From IMG/VR virus record IMGVR_UViG_3300026522_000022, positions 32,001 through 96,000 of that record: a stretch of DNA of 64,000 nt; one strand, given 5' to 3'. Positions 49,256 to 59,508 of the stretch are shown here, one piece after another. Position numbers and translations under genes: made by a program. Origin of the DNA: a virus. Taxonomy: Duplodnaviria; Caudoviricetes. The notes beneath the pieces were generated by a model that made no database searches, was not told where the DNA came from, and was given only the letters and a program-made list of their open reading frames with translations. Positions within the stretch are counted from its first letter, which is position 1. Every line of letters begins with the position of its first letter.

Positions 49256-50788
49256 TTAACTAAATATTTCACCTGTAAAATAATTAATTCTTGTTGCAGC
49301 AATATGAATCAAATTATAATGATAATCTGTACAAAAAATTGGTTCAAATCTACAAGTTGATTTATTCGCAACCATCCACAAATAACATTTATTATATGAA
49401 CCACGACGATTTTTATAAATTGAAAGTTTTACATTCGGCATTGCAAAACCTTCTGCTTGACACTTCTCAGCTAATGCTTCTTTATCATCTTCTGTTACAT
49501 CAAGTAGAATCATACCCACGTCAATTTTATCTGCCATTGACTTTGCACCACGAAGCAAATTCTGGTCTGGAATATCTGAAGATTTCCAATCCTGATTCAA
49601 CTGTGTACTACTAAGAATAAAAACACCAAACTGATTGCAAATATCTTTTAACTTAACACTGAGAAGAAACAAAACATTATCTTCTCTTAATCTTACTCCA
49701 CCTGAACGCTGCGAAATTTCTTCAAGAATTTTCATTGATGTATGGATATAATCATAAAAAATATACTTACATCCATGCATTCTAATATTTCTTTTGATAA
49801 TATTTTCAATATCTCGGAGATTAAAGTCTGGAATTTCCTCAATATACAATGGAGAATTTGCTAAGATCTTCGCTGCTTCAATAACTCTTTCTTTTTCTCC
49901 AAAACTATAATCCCCAACAAGGATATGCTCTTCATCTACATCTGCAAGAAATGCCAAACACATAGTCTGAATTTCATTTAGTTCAAGCTCTGTACTAATA
50001 AACAAAGACGCACAACTAAAACCATTATCTTCCCATTGACCATTACGCCAAATTTTATTACATGCACAATTACAAGCGTCCGCAATCATTGTACGAGTTT
50101 TACCAACACCAGTTGCGGCAGACCTTAAATAAAATTTTCCAAGTCTCATACCTCTAAGTGCAGTATTAATATATGGACCATATAATGGCATTCCCATTTC
50201 TGGTTCTTGTTGAAGTTCTTCAATAAGTTCAAGAATACCCTCGCCCGCATGAACTGCATCATCTGTACTATTATCAATGTATGTGCGGCGTATGTTGTCA
50301 ATTCGATCTTCAATCAAGTTTGCTATATCAACAAGTGACAAACTATCAAGATAATTTTCTTGTTGTTGTTTTCTTTTTACATCAAAAATATTATCGGGAT
50401 CGTATATCCATGATACATCTAACCCAATATTATCATATTCTCTAAGCAGAGTCATCTTTTTAACTCTACTGTAATAATAATCAAAGTTACCTACATCTGC
50501 ATTATTTGAAACATTTTTAAGCCATTCAGAACCTTTACCTGTTTTATATATACCTAAAGATTCTGGTCTGGTTGACAAATAATCTTCAATCGTTCTAATT
50601 GTAATTCCAGTTGCGCCCATTTGATGAAGATTAAAAATTGCTCCAAATACTACTTTATGAAATTCATTTGGAAAATCATCTTCATTAAAGAAATATTTTC
50701 CATCATAATCCATCAAACTGGGCTGCCGCATTATACAACCAATTACTTGAACCGCAGATGGAGAATCTACATACTTGCTACCCGCCAA
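49256..50788 (-). CDS. dnaB: Replicative DnaB-like helicase
   Basis: Walker A SAATGVGKT, FISTEL, IFYDYIH, STQLN, KNRRG. Confidence 0.88.
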   Translation of the reverse strand: MAGSKYVDSPSAVQVIGCIMRQPSLMDYDGKYFFNEDDFPNEFHKVVFGAIFNLHQMGATGITIRTIEDYLSTRPESLGIYKTGKGSEWLKNVSNNADVGNFDYYYSRVKKMTLLREYDNIGLDVSWIYDPDNIFDVKRKQQQENYLDSLSLVDIANLIEDRIDNIRRTYIDNSTDDAVHAGEGILELIEELQQEPEMGMPLYGPYINTALRGMRLGKFYLRSAATGVGKTRTMIADACNCACNKIWRNGQWEDNGFSCASLFISTELELNEIQTMCLAFLADVDEEHILVGDYSFGEKERVIEAAKILANSPLYIEEIPDFNLRDIENIIKRNIRMHGCKYIFYDYIHTSMKILEEISQRSGGVRLREDNVLFLLSVKLKDICNQFGVFILSSTQLNQDWKSSDIPDQNLLRGAKSMADKIDVGMILLDVTEDDKEALAEKCQAEGFAMPNVKLSIYKNRRGSYNKCYLWMVANKSTCRFEPIFCTDYHYNLIHIAATRINYFTGEIFS

Positions 50789-50801
50789 TGTTTATTCCTT
50801 C

Positions 50802-51275
50802 CTACTGCAAATCAAATAATTTAACACGTTTCGGTTTCTTGATATATTTTCTACTAACAGTAATAGTTTTCTTTGGCTCATCTAAGAAATCACTAATCTT
50901 TTGACCATTAAGAGCTTCTTTAAATTTACTTTTCTTTATCTTCTCTTGGATATAATCTGGATAAACATGCGGGAAGATGCCTATTCCGCCATTCGCTTTA
51001 CTTGCATCTTCTCCCCGAATACCAAACCACCAATTAATTGTTTCTGCTATATGACTTAATTCATATCCATCTTTTGTAAATTTATTTATTTGAGAATCAA
51101 TTTTATTTTTTGAATAAGCTTCTCCGCATTTTTCTTTCATTAACTTATGAATTGCATTTACTTCTTGAACACAACTTTTATGAGCATATCTTCTTCCAAT
51201 TTGCTCGTATTCTTCTTCTTCTCTATAGAATTTTCTATTACAATACAAGCAAATAACTTGCGGTTTCTTTGCCAT
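50802..51275 (-). CDS. Hypothetical Zn-binding protein upstream of the helicase
   Basis: CLYC...HKSC motif. Confidence 0.6.
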   Translation of the reverse strand: MAKKPQVICLYCNRKFYREEEEYEQIGRRYAHKSCVQEVNAIHKLMKEKCGEAYSKNKIDSQINKFTKDGYELSHIAETINWWFGIRGEDASKANGGIGIFPHVYPDYIQEKIKKSKFKEALNGQKISDFLDEPKKTITVSRKYIKKPKRVKLFDLQ

Positions 51276-51301
51276 ATTACCTCACATTCCTCTATATATT
51301 T

Positions 51302-51330
51302 ATTATATCATAAAAAAATAGAGGTGTCAA
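51302..51330 (-). promoter_or_regulatory. Sigma70/SigA-type promoter
   Basis: TTGACA-17-TATAAT with TG. Confidence 0.8.
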
Positions 51331-51331
51331 C

Positions 51332-51362
51332 AAAACGACCTCCTGTAAAGGAGGTCGTTTAA
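51332..51362 (-). terminator. Intrinsic terminator
   Basis: aaacgacctcc-tgtaaa-ggaggtcgttt. Confidence 0.7.
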
Positions 51363-51380
51363 AATTCTTGGTTATTTTTT

Positions 51381-52385
51381 TTAAATACCCATGCCCATAG
51401 CTTCAACAAGGTCATCAACAATAAGTGCGAGCTGTTCTGTCTGAGAACGAGTCATATCGCTAACTTTCTTTCCAGCTCCAAGGTACTTAGTTGTAATTTC
51501 AACAATTCTTGGCGCCCATGTAGTTCCAAAAGAACTACCTGTTACTTCTTGGAGTTTAGCTACAGCCGCGTTAAATTGATTCATCAAATCGTCAAAATCA
51601 AGCTCAGGTTGCGGCGTATGTGCAGTAGTACGTTTATCTGTTACATATTTACCTTGAGTTTCTTCTGCCTGCTTATCAATAGCATTTCCAATAGCATCAA
51701 CAAGATTTTGATAAGTAAACTCAATTGAATCAGGAGTATACTTAAAACGAGAACCAGCTACAAAACGTGGAGTACCCCGCATATAAAGAGTAGTATGAAC
51801 AGTTCCATCTTCCTCTTGGGATGCATGGGCAAAACCAATAATATCAGACATGCGATCTACAATAAGACGAGGACGATTAGCAAGAGTAGGAACAATTTGA
51901 TTATACTCTACACCATTTTCATCTACAAACGATTTGTCTTGAGAGTGACTAATCATTACAAGACCATATCCCATTTGCGGGATACTACGCAGAGCTTCGT
52001 CAAATTCTTTGCTTGCCTTAGACCAACCTTGACCATAAGGAATTTCATTAATTGCGCTAACACCAGCTTGATTGCAAATAAACTTTTCACAAAGATCGTA
52101 TGCAATATCTGCCGTATCAATTACAATATTAGAAAATTGTTCGTGAGCTTTTTCATCTTTAAGCTGCTTAAGAACTTGTTTAAATTCAGACCATTTATTA
52201 ATTGGTTGCGCCATAATTCCAGGAATTGCAAGATAACCAGTTTCAAAAGCAAGAAGAAGAGCTTTAGGAAACTGAGACGCAATGGTTGTCTTACCAGTCT
52301 TAGGCTCACCATAAAGCATTACCGTATATCCACATAAGTCACGGCTAACTTCATGGGGCTGAATTGAGAAAATATCAATAGCCAT
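51381..52385 (-). CDS. AAA_24 / Sak4-like NTPase (recombination)
   Basis: LYGEPKTGKTT, IVIDT, LVMISH; adjacent to SSB. Confidence 0.75.
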   Translation of the reverse strand: MAIDIFSIQPHEVSRDLCGYTVMLYGEPKTGKTTIASQFPKALLLAFETGYLAIPGIMAQPINKWSEFKQVLKQLKDEKAHEQFSNIVIDTADIAYDLCEKFICNQAGVSAINEIPYGQGWSKASKEFDEALRSIPQMGYGLVMISHSQDKSFVDENGVEYNQIVPTLANRPRLIVDRMSDIIGFAHASQEEDGTVHTTLYMRGTPRFVAGSRFKYTPDSIEFTYQNLVDAIGNAIDKQAEETQGKYVTDKRTTAHTPQPELDFDDLMNQFNAAVAKLQEVTGSSFGTTWAPRIVEITTKYLGAGKKVSDMTRSQTEQLALIVDDLVEAMGMGI

Positions 52386-52403
52386 CTTCGTTACCCCTTT
52401 TTA

Positions 52404-53336
52404 TTAAAACTTAAAATCACCAGTGGATGCGGCAGGCTTTGCGTTACTTGCGGGAGCCACAAAAGCACTTGTAGAAGCATTACGAGAAGCCTGATAATCC
52501 TCAGCACGCTTTTTCTCTGCGGCTACGCGCTCTTCACGCTCAACGAGCTTCTGCTTAAACTCATCAACTGTAATAGTGGATTCATCATCGTACTCATAAG
52601 GCTCAGCCGCACAACCTTCAATCTGCCAAGAACGAAGAGTACGAGTTGTAATATTAACCTGCGGACCACCAAACGCAGACTCAACCTCATTCTTTGTCTC
52701 AATTGTGGTGGAGATAATGTTACCCCAAACACGAGTAAGAAGAGGATTGGCGTTGCTAATATCACAATTCTCAAAATACTTAATACCATCAGGGTTCTTA
52801 ATTGTATAAGTTACAGGGAGAACATCGCCACGGAAGTTGAACGCATATCCGCGAACATTCATATAATCCTCGCCATCCTCAACCTCTTGCAGAGTTGCTT
52901 CTGCAATAAGCATATCGGTTTCAAAAGATGCCTCGAAATTAACATCATTCGCAAGATGGCAGAAACTACCACGAACACGCTTTGCCGCAACCATACCATC
53001 ACGACCAAGGAAGTCATTAATCTCTACGTCACCATCAATACGAACCTTAAGTGCAGAGGTACCGACTTCCTCAAAAGTATTCTGAGTTCCACTAAGAATT
53101 TGCTGAAGAACCTTATAAGTTGCATTCTCCTTACCGCTACGAGCATAACGCTCAGTAACATAAGTAAACGAAACAGGAACGACATTCATACCCTGATCAT
53201 CTGTCGCAACATTAATAATACCCTGAATGAAAGGAGTACCAGGATTCTTAGACTGCTCACCCGTTACTCGTGCCTGTAGACTGTGTGAAAAAATGTAACC
53301 CTCAACATGTGTATTATTTGTCCAGTTTGTGCGCAT
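52404..53336 (-). CDS. Probable single-stranded DNA-binding protein
   Basis: Two OB-like halves, flexible tail ending GDFKF, next to the Sak4-like gene. Confidence 0.55.
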   Translation of the reverse strand: MRTNWTNNTHVEGYIFSHSLQARVTGEQSKNPGTPFIQGIINVATDDQGMNVVPVSFTYVTERYARSGKENATYKVLQQILSGTQNTFEEVGTSALKVRIDGDVEINDFLGRDGMVAAKRVRGSFCHLANDVNFEASFETDMLIAEATLQEVEDGEDYMNVRGYAFNFRGDVLPVTYTIKNPDGIKYFENCDISNANPLLTRVWGNIISTTIETKNEVESAFGGPQVNITTRTLRSWQIEGCAAEPYEYDDESTITVDEFKQKLVEREERVAAEKKRAEDYQASRNASTSAFVAPASNAKPAASTGDFKF

Positions 53337-53377
53337 CTAATTCTCTCTTTCTTTTATCTTTCCATTATTGTATATAT

Positions 53378-53406
53378 ATTATATCAAAATTTTTCTTTTT
53401 AGTCAA
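53378..53406 (-). promoter_or_regulatory. Sigma70/SigA-type promoter
   Basis: TTGACT-17-TATAAT with TG. Confidence 0.75.
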
Positions 53407-53422
53407 GCAATATTATATTTAC

Positions 53423-53686
53423 TTATCTTCTCTCACCCCATGCGCAGTAGCCGTCGGGCTCAACTTCGCCGAACCCCTCACAATGCCAGACGCGCCCCCA
53501 TGGCCCGTAGTCCTCTACGTCAACGTTCATGCAATCCCTGCACCGCACGAGGTCACCCATGCGCTTGACCGCGCTCCATCCGTCCCAGTAGGTCGGGCGA
53601 TACTCAGACCAGATGCCCTCGTGCTCAGCCATCGTCCACCCCAGCCTTGCCGCCACCTCGCGGCGCTCGTCGCTAGTCATCGTCAT
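53423..53686 (-). CDS. GC-rich hypothetical protein (MTMTSDERREVAARL...CRDC...C...YCAWGERR)
   Basis: GAGGTG RBS; Cys cluster; composition foreign to the genome. Confidence 0.65.
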   Translation of the reverse strand: MTMTSDERREVAARLGWTMAEHEGIWSEYRPTYWDGWSAVKRMGDLVRCRDCMNVDVEDYGPWGRVWHCEGFGEVEPDGYCAWGERR

Positions 53687-53963
53687 TGCAGCACCTCTCA
53701 TATGTCTTGTTAAATATGTCTTGTTTGCATGGATATAGCTCGCCATTGACGCCCTTAATGATGTAGTCGCCGAGGTTTACATCCATCTCGCCCTCAAGCG
53801 TCCTAATGGTGCATTCAACTGGGTAATTTGGATTTGTCTTCTGATACACTACACCACTCACAATCGCATCAGCGAACCATTGTGGGTAATCTCGATTACG
53901 TATTGTATACATCAAGATTTGAAAAGCTTCAACCTCAATTGACCTTTTGCGGTATCTTGCCAT
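53673..53963 (-). CDS. PGDYG-like conserved phage protein
   Basis: MARYRKRSIEVEAFQ...IRTLEGEM...GDYIIKGVNGELYPCKQDIFNKTYE. Confidence 0.75.
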   Translation of the reverse strand: MARYRKRSIEVEAFQILMYTIRNRDYPQWFADAIVSGVVYQKTNPNYPVECTIRTLEGEMDVNLGDYIIKGVNGELYPCKQDIFNKTYERCCNDDD

Positions 53964-54105
53964 CTCTAACCTTTCAAAGCGGTCATCTCCGCAGACTTCG
54001 CAGTCCATTGCTTCACCTTTCTTCCACAGTTAAGGCAGTACTTCTGGGTATATCTCCACTCAGAAGGGCCATATCTTTGCCCTTCTTTGTATTTATAATT
54101 ACTCA

Positions 54106-54744
54106 TTATTTATCAGGCCAAATTCCCGTAATGAATTCATTGTAAGGAAGTGTATGAACCCATTCTACAAAATCTTTAGACCATTGCAGCAGCCTGTGGT
54201 TTTTTCTTTGACGATACATTGCTGCTAATGTTTCATAATTTAAGCAAACGGTACGTTTTTGAATAAATGACTCTGGTAACATAGCTTTTAACATTTTTAA
54301 ATAATAATTTTTACGTTGAGGGTCATTTTTCGCTCGGTCAGCCGCAGTTTTTAAAACATTAATATAATCTTTAAAAGCAACTTCAATATTTCAATCTGCT
54401 CCATCAAATTCAGGTCATTCAAAATCTTCTTCGTCAAAATCTTCATCTAAAATTTTATGCATAGTAGATTCTGAATTTGCAGATGTGCCTATTTTATAAG
54501 TATCCCATTCTGCTCACCAGTATCTCGGCGCTCAAATATCTGCTCATACCTGAATCATACGTAAATATTTTCTATGTTCTGTTCCAGCTTGCCAAAGATT
54601 CTTTGCTAACTTATAATCATTTGGCCCAAGATAAAAATGACCATTATCCCAATAGGAATCATATTTGTTATATGACTTTAAAGGGTTCCGCATACCTCGA
54701 ATAGCTGGTTCAAAACCACTAACATTTAGAGTTTTAAATTTCAT
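54106..54744 (-). CDS. ThyX-like flavin-dependent thymidylate synthase fold protein (212 aa); several TGA
   Basis: AIRGMRNP, EHRKYLRMIQV(W)ADI(W)APRYW(W)AEWDTYK, STMHKI, LPESFIQKR, QRKNHRL. Confidence 0.65.
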
Positions 54745-55676
54745 TAGCCTATTCCCTTGTTCCCATTATAACCTAAAGAATTAGAGTTATAAAGTGAAAT
54801 AAAATATTTCTCTTTCTTATCTAAGTCTTGCGGCGGACACTCTTCTAATAATTCAAAACTGAAATTTTCAATTCCATATTCCTGCATAGCCGAGTATAAT
54901 TTATTTCCTGTGGGAGTATCAATACCAATCGCGGCCTTAACGTGATCGTTTCATCTAAGCCGCACATCTTTAGCTTGACCAATATAACATTCTTCTGTTT
55001 GAAGATTTGTTATTTTATAGATGCCGCATACATTTTGTTTTCCTAATATTTTAGGAAATTTTATTTTAGTTATTGGCTGATAGTATGCAGTTCATATTAC
55101 CATAGAAAGTGCGCGAGGTTTTGAAATTCTCATTTTAGTTTCTTCAAGGATTGCAATATCTCTTTGTTCTCCTTTTGGAAGAGACAAAGTAAAAAAATCT
55201 TTATTTGCTTTAATCTCTTTTTCTTTGCGTGCGGCTTCAATAACAGCAATTTTAGTATTTTGTAAAGACTGTAATTCTAAACCTGTTTCTTCAATTTCAA
55301 CTAACATTTTACGTCTTTGATTTTCAAGTTCAGTTAAGTCTTTATTAAATTCAGCCTCTAATACTTTTCGACGTTCTTCCGCAGCTTCTTCGGCTAACTG
55401 TTTTGTATTTTCAATTACTTTTATTTTTTCTTCATACTGACTTTGCAGTTCCGACTGACGGACCTCGGCCGCATGAATTTGTTCTTCTCTTCATTTTATA
55501 TCAGATACTAAATTTTTAATTCTTAATTCTAACTTTTCTTCTTGATTGTGTAATTCTTCGCAAGTTTTTCTTATTTCTTCGTTTCTATCTTCTATTGGTT
55601 TAGAAGCAAATTTGCGACCTACGAAAAAGGCAATAATAATTAATATTATTGCTACAACTCAAAAAATTCCATCCAT
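54744..55676 (-). CDS. Membrane-anchored coiled-coil protein with C-terminal GIY-YIG nuclease domain (310 aa); TGA=Trp
   Basis: N-terminal TM (IF(W)VVAIILIIAFFVG), long coiled coil, CGIYKITN...CYIGQA...R(W)NDH...GYN. Confidence 0.75.
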
Positions 55677-55682
55677 AACAAA

Positions 55683-55710
55683 ATGGAGGTAGGGATATCC
55701 CTACCTCCAT
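55683..55710. repeat. Perfect inverted repeat (terminator or RBS-sequestering hairpin)
   Basis: atggaggtaggga-ta-tccctacctccat. Confidence 0.7.
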
Positions 55711-55730
55711 CCTCCGTTATTTAAGTTAAA

Positions 55731-55988
55731 TTACTCAGCAACGGGCTTCTCAGCTGCGGGATCGACCTGCTCACCATCAGCAGTAAGACGAATAACCTTC
55801 TTCTCGATACCCTCAACAACAACGCGCTCAGTAAGACCCTTCTTCTGAAGGCCGGTAGCAATACCATTAACGGACTTAGCGGAAAGGCCAGTACCCTCAG
55901 CAATATCGTCAGCAGTAAACTGACCCTTTACATTAGCCTGTAGAAAACGAAGTACGGTCTGAGCATTCTCTGAAAACATAGCAGCCAT
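55731..55988 (-). CDS. Winged-helix DNA-binding protein (85 aa)
   Basis: FTADDIAEGTGLSAKSVNGIATGLQKKGL; AAGGAG RBS. Confidence 0.7.
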   Translation of the reverse strand: MAAMFSENAQTVLRFLQANVKGQFTADDIAEGTGLSAKSVNGIATGLQKKGLTERVVVEGIEKKVIRLTADGEQVDPAAEKPVAE

Positions 55989-56036
55989 TCTAATCTCCTT
56001 TTTTCTCTAATTTTTTCTTACCTGTTTTCTAATAAT

Positions 56037-56140
56037 ATTATATAATATTATTTCTTAAATGTCAATAAATTTTATTTCTTAACTTTTATTATCTCCATTT
56101 AAGATATATATATTATACTAATTATTTTTTATTTAGTCAA
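56037..56140 (-). promoter_or_regulatory. Two tandem sigma70/SigA-type promoters
   Basis: TTGACA-17-TATAAT (56065-56037) and TTGACT-17-TATAAT (56140-56112). Confidence 0.75.
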
Positions 56141-56145
56141 TAATT

Positions 56146-56328
56146 TTAACTAAAAATTACTTGTCTGCCACAATTTGGACAGTATATATTTCCTTTTACC
56201 CCATTTCATATATCTGAACTACAACCTTGATGATTACATTTAGAACAATAGCCTAATTCACCACCAATTCAATATTCTTTATTGGGGTCTTGCACAATAT
56301 CATCGTTCATATTTTTAATTTCGTCCAT
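56146..56328 (-). CDS. Zinc-ribbon protein (60 aa, 2 TGA)
   Basis: CSKC...CPNCG; coupled to the ligase stop. Confidence 0.55.
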
Positions 56329-57353
56329 TAGGCAAATACCTCCTCTAACTGACAATCTTTAATATCTTTATCATAACGCATAGTCTCAAATACTGGATGA
56401 CGAATAGTCTTATCCTTTTTGTTCAAAGACATACAAGATACTTGAACTACTTGATTAAGATATTTTTCAGGATTTTCAGCCATATCTGCACGAATATCAT
56501 CTGATAATCCTGAAGCTACACGACCTACTTCAATAATCTTACCATTTTTATATGCACCCAGCCGCATAGCATTTTTCCAACCATAATAATAGTGTTTTGT
56601 TACTGGTTCACCATCAATCCAATATTGCCAAGTTTCAAGCTCTTTGCCCGTATATTCTTTAATTGGATCAAGCAATTCCATGCATATAAGATCAACGCTA
56701 TCAACATGTTCTTTCATCTTAAAGCAAGTCATAGGTCGCTTATCTGGCTCGTATATACTATCTTTGCGTTTAAAGACCATACCTTCGCCGCCCATTATAA
56801 AAATATTATTAAGTATACTTTCAAAATCTGAATCGTAAATAATACTTAAATGAACTTGCGGCGAGTATTCAAAATTCTTTAGATAATTCCATCTATCAAT
56901 AAATCCAATAGAAGTCAAATCTATACCATCGTACCGTATACAATCAAAAACATAATAATGAATTAACCCACCAAATTCATCGGTTTGAGTTTGACGCTTA
57001 ATCGCATTGGCGGCTGTGCATCCCATAATCTTTGTAACATCATTTGACTTACCACCGGGCACAAAAATCTCACCAATTAATACAGTTTCATTTGGAAGCT
57101 GCTTTGCCCACTCAATAATATGCGGCACATTCGCAGATTTTTCTGTTAATTCTCCAGTTTTCTTGGATTTAGTTCTGCCAAAGAGATAGATACGTTTATC
57201 ATCTATCTTTTCTAGCATATACCAAGCTCCATCAATCTTTTCTTGAGCAACCCAATCTCCGCTTGTAAATGCGGCATCAACAATTGAATCAGCTGGTTTA
57301 TTGTGATACCGCATTGCAGGGACTTGATGTGACCCAGAATACAGGCTAGACAT
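56328..57353 (-). CDS. ATP-dependent DNA ligase
   Basis: QEKIDG, LIGEI, YVFDCI, GEGMVFK, FKMK, IRHPVF. Confidence 0.9.
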   Translation of the reverse strand: MSSLYSGSHQVPAMRYHNKPADSIVDAAFTSGDWVAQEKIDGAWYMLEKIDDKRIYLFGRTKSKKTGELTEKSANVPHIIEWAKQLPNETVLIGEIFVPGGKSNDVTKIMGCTAANAIKRQTQTDEFGGLIHYYVFDCIRYDGIDLTSIGFIDRWNYLKNFEYSPQVHLSIIYDSDFESILNNIFIMGGEGMVFKRKDSIYEPDKRPMTCFKMKEHVDSVDLICMELLDPIKEYTGKELETWQYWIDGEPVTKHYYYGWKNAMRLGAYKNGKIIEVGRVASGLSDDIRADMAENPEKYLNQVVQVSCMSLNKKDKTIRHPVFETMRYDKDIKDCQLEEVFA

Positions 57354-59508
57354 ATTTCTTACCCTTTCCCGCACGGCCTTGTACTTTAATACCTTTTATA
57401 GTCTTATTATACTTTTTAAATTCAATTGTGTCAACGGCAGGATGACAAACCAAAGCTTCAATAACATAGTCACCATCTTCAAGCGAAATTCCCTTTACGC
57501 CGCGTGCAGTTTTTCCAACCGGATTAACTTTATCAAGTTCAAATTGAATAATATAACCATTATTAGAAACAATAACTGCATAATCTCCGTTGCACTCATA
57601 CCAAGAAATATATTCATCTCCATCGACAAGACCAGCAGCCTTCATTCCCTTTTTGTTTTGGGTTCCGCCAAGATAAATTGTCTTATCTGATTTTTTAACC
57701 AAACCGTTCTTTGTAAACCCAACAATATAAGGATGTTTTTCATCAATATTCATTGAGAAAATATTCAAAATTTTCTCGTTTGCTTCAAGATTGAGGATTG
57801 AACCGACAGCCGTTCCCTTATCTTTCATTCCACATTCGGCAATATTATCTACACCGATGCGGAATACCTTTCCAAGAGAAGAGAATAGAACAATCATATC
57901 TGTAGTTTGAGTTTTAAAACTGTTAACAATATTATCATTCTTAACTGAGCGGTAAGCCTTCACAGGAATACGTTGGAGATAACCGAGTTTATTGTAAATT
58001 ACAATTACATCTTGCGGGATGATCTGCGTAATCGGCTTCTTTGCAGTCGGCTTGATAATCTTCTTCTGTGTTACATCTGTGCGGCGGTCATCGCCAAATT
58101 CCGCACACAACTTTTCTAATCTTTCAATTAGAACTTCTTTTTGTCTTTTAGCAAATGTGGCAATATCTTTGCAGTATGCCGCATATTCTTCTTTCTTTTC
58201 TTTCTCTTGGACTAGCTTCTCTTCTTCGAGTTTTGAAAGACGTCCGAGTTTCATATCAAGAATTGCTTTAACTTGACGCTCGCTAAGTTCTGGATACGCA
58301 GCGCTTAGGTTCTTATGAGTTGATTCACCGCGAATAACTCGAATAATACTATCAATTCTTTGAACTGCAAAAATTAAACCTTCAAGAATATGAAGTCTGT
58401 CAATTGTTTTTTGATATTCAAATTCAAATTCTCGTTTTATGCAATAAAGATTGTGTCCCATATAAGCATTTGCAACTTGATTTAAATTAAGTAAATGGGG
58501 AGTTTTACCAATTAGGGCAACTTGGTTAGCATTATATGTTTGACGAAGATCTGTCTCTGCAAAAATCTGATTAAGTGTAATATCAATATTTGCATCAGCC
58601 GCAAGCTCTACGACAATACGAACTTGCTTTGAACTTTCATCGCGCACATCTTCAACACCAGTAATTTTTTCTTTAATAATTCCTTCGCAAAGCTGAGGAA
58701 TGATGCCCTTAGACTTTCCTTGGTCGCTATATTCAATCTTTGTGCTATATGGAATTTCATAGAATACAAGAAGTTTCTTACCATTACGAGTTTCTTCTCT
58801 ATATTTAGCTTCAAGAATAACCTTCCCTCTACCGGTACGATAAATAGAAGCAACCTCGTCTTGGTTTACAATAGTTCCGCCAGTAGGAAAATCAGGAAAA
58901 AGATTTGTATAATCAATCTCTTCTCCTTTGATATAAGGAATTAAGACCATATTAACAATATCTTTTAGATTATGCGGGAGCCAGTTACATGCAAGTGCCA
59001 CACCAATGCCGCTAGTTTGGTTACACAAAAGATTTGGAAACAGTGCCGGAAGAAGAACTGGTTCTTCAATATCTTCTGAATAGTTTGGCCGCATATCAAC
59101 AACATTTTTATTGATTGCATTTAGAAAACCGGTTTCAGCCAGTTCATTAAGACGGCATTCTGTATAACGCATAGCAGCTGCGCCGTCTCCACCAATGTTA
59201 CCCTTATTACCATGCCAGTCAATAATAGGATAACGCATATTCCATTCTTGCGCAAGTCGTGTCATCGCATCATATATGGATGTATCTCCATGTGGATGAT
59301 ACTTACCCATTACATCACCGACAATACGTGCGCATTTTACATATGATTTATCGTGAAAAAACTTTTCTTGATTCATTGACCATAAGATGCGGCGAGCAAC
59401 TGGTTTTAAACCATCTGCCGCATCCGGAATTGCTCTGTCGGTGTTTACAGCATAGGCGTAATCAATAAAGTTTTGCCCAAGCTCTGCACAAACATCATGA
59501 TTAGACAT
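57346..59508 (-). CDS. gyrA: Type IIA topoisomerase (gyrase-like) subunit A
   Basis: DGLKPVARR, YHPHGD, AAMRYTE, C-terminal pinwheel repeats. Confidence 0.9.
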   Translation of the reverse strand: MSNHDVCAELGQNFIDYAYAVNTDRAIPDAADGLKPVARRILWSMNQEKFFHDKSYVKCARIVGDVMGKYHPHGDTSIYDAMTRLAQEWNMRYPIIDWHGNKGNIGGDGAAAMRYTECRLNELAETGFLNAINKNVVDMRPNYSEDIEEPVLLPALFPNLLCNQTSGIGVALACNWLPHNLKDIVNMVLIPYIKGEEIDYTNLFPDFPTGGTIVNQDEVASIYRTGRGKVILEAKYREETRNGKKLLVFYEIPYSTKIEYSDQGKSKGIIPQLCEGIIKEKITGVEDVRDESSKQVRIVVELAADANIDITLNQIFAETDLRQTYNANQVALIGKTPHLLNLNQVANAYMGHNLYCIKREFEFEYQKTIDRLHILEGLIFAVQRIDSIIRVIRGESTHKNLSAAYPELSERQVKAILDMKLGRLSKLEEEKLVQEKEKKEEYAAYCKDIATFAKRQKEVLIERLEKLCAEFGDDRRTDVTQKKIIKPTAKKPITQIIPQDVIVIYNKLGYLQRIPVKAYRSVKNDNIVNSFKTQTTDMIVLFSSLGKVFRIGVDNIAECGMKDKGTAVGSILNLEANEKILNIFSMNIDEKHPYIVGFTKNGLVKKSDKTIYLGGTQNKKGMKAAGLVDGDEYISWYECNGDYAVIVSNNGYIIQFELDKVNPVGKTARGVKGISLEDGDYVIEALVCHPAVDTIEFKKYNKTIKGIKVQGRAGKGKKYV

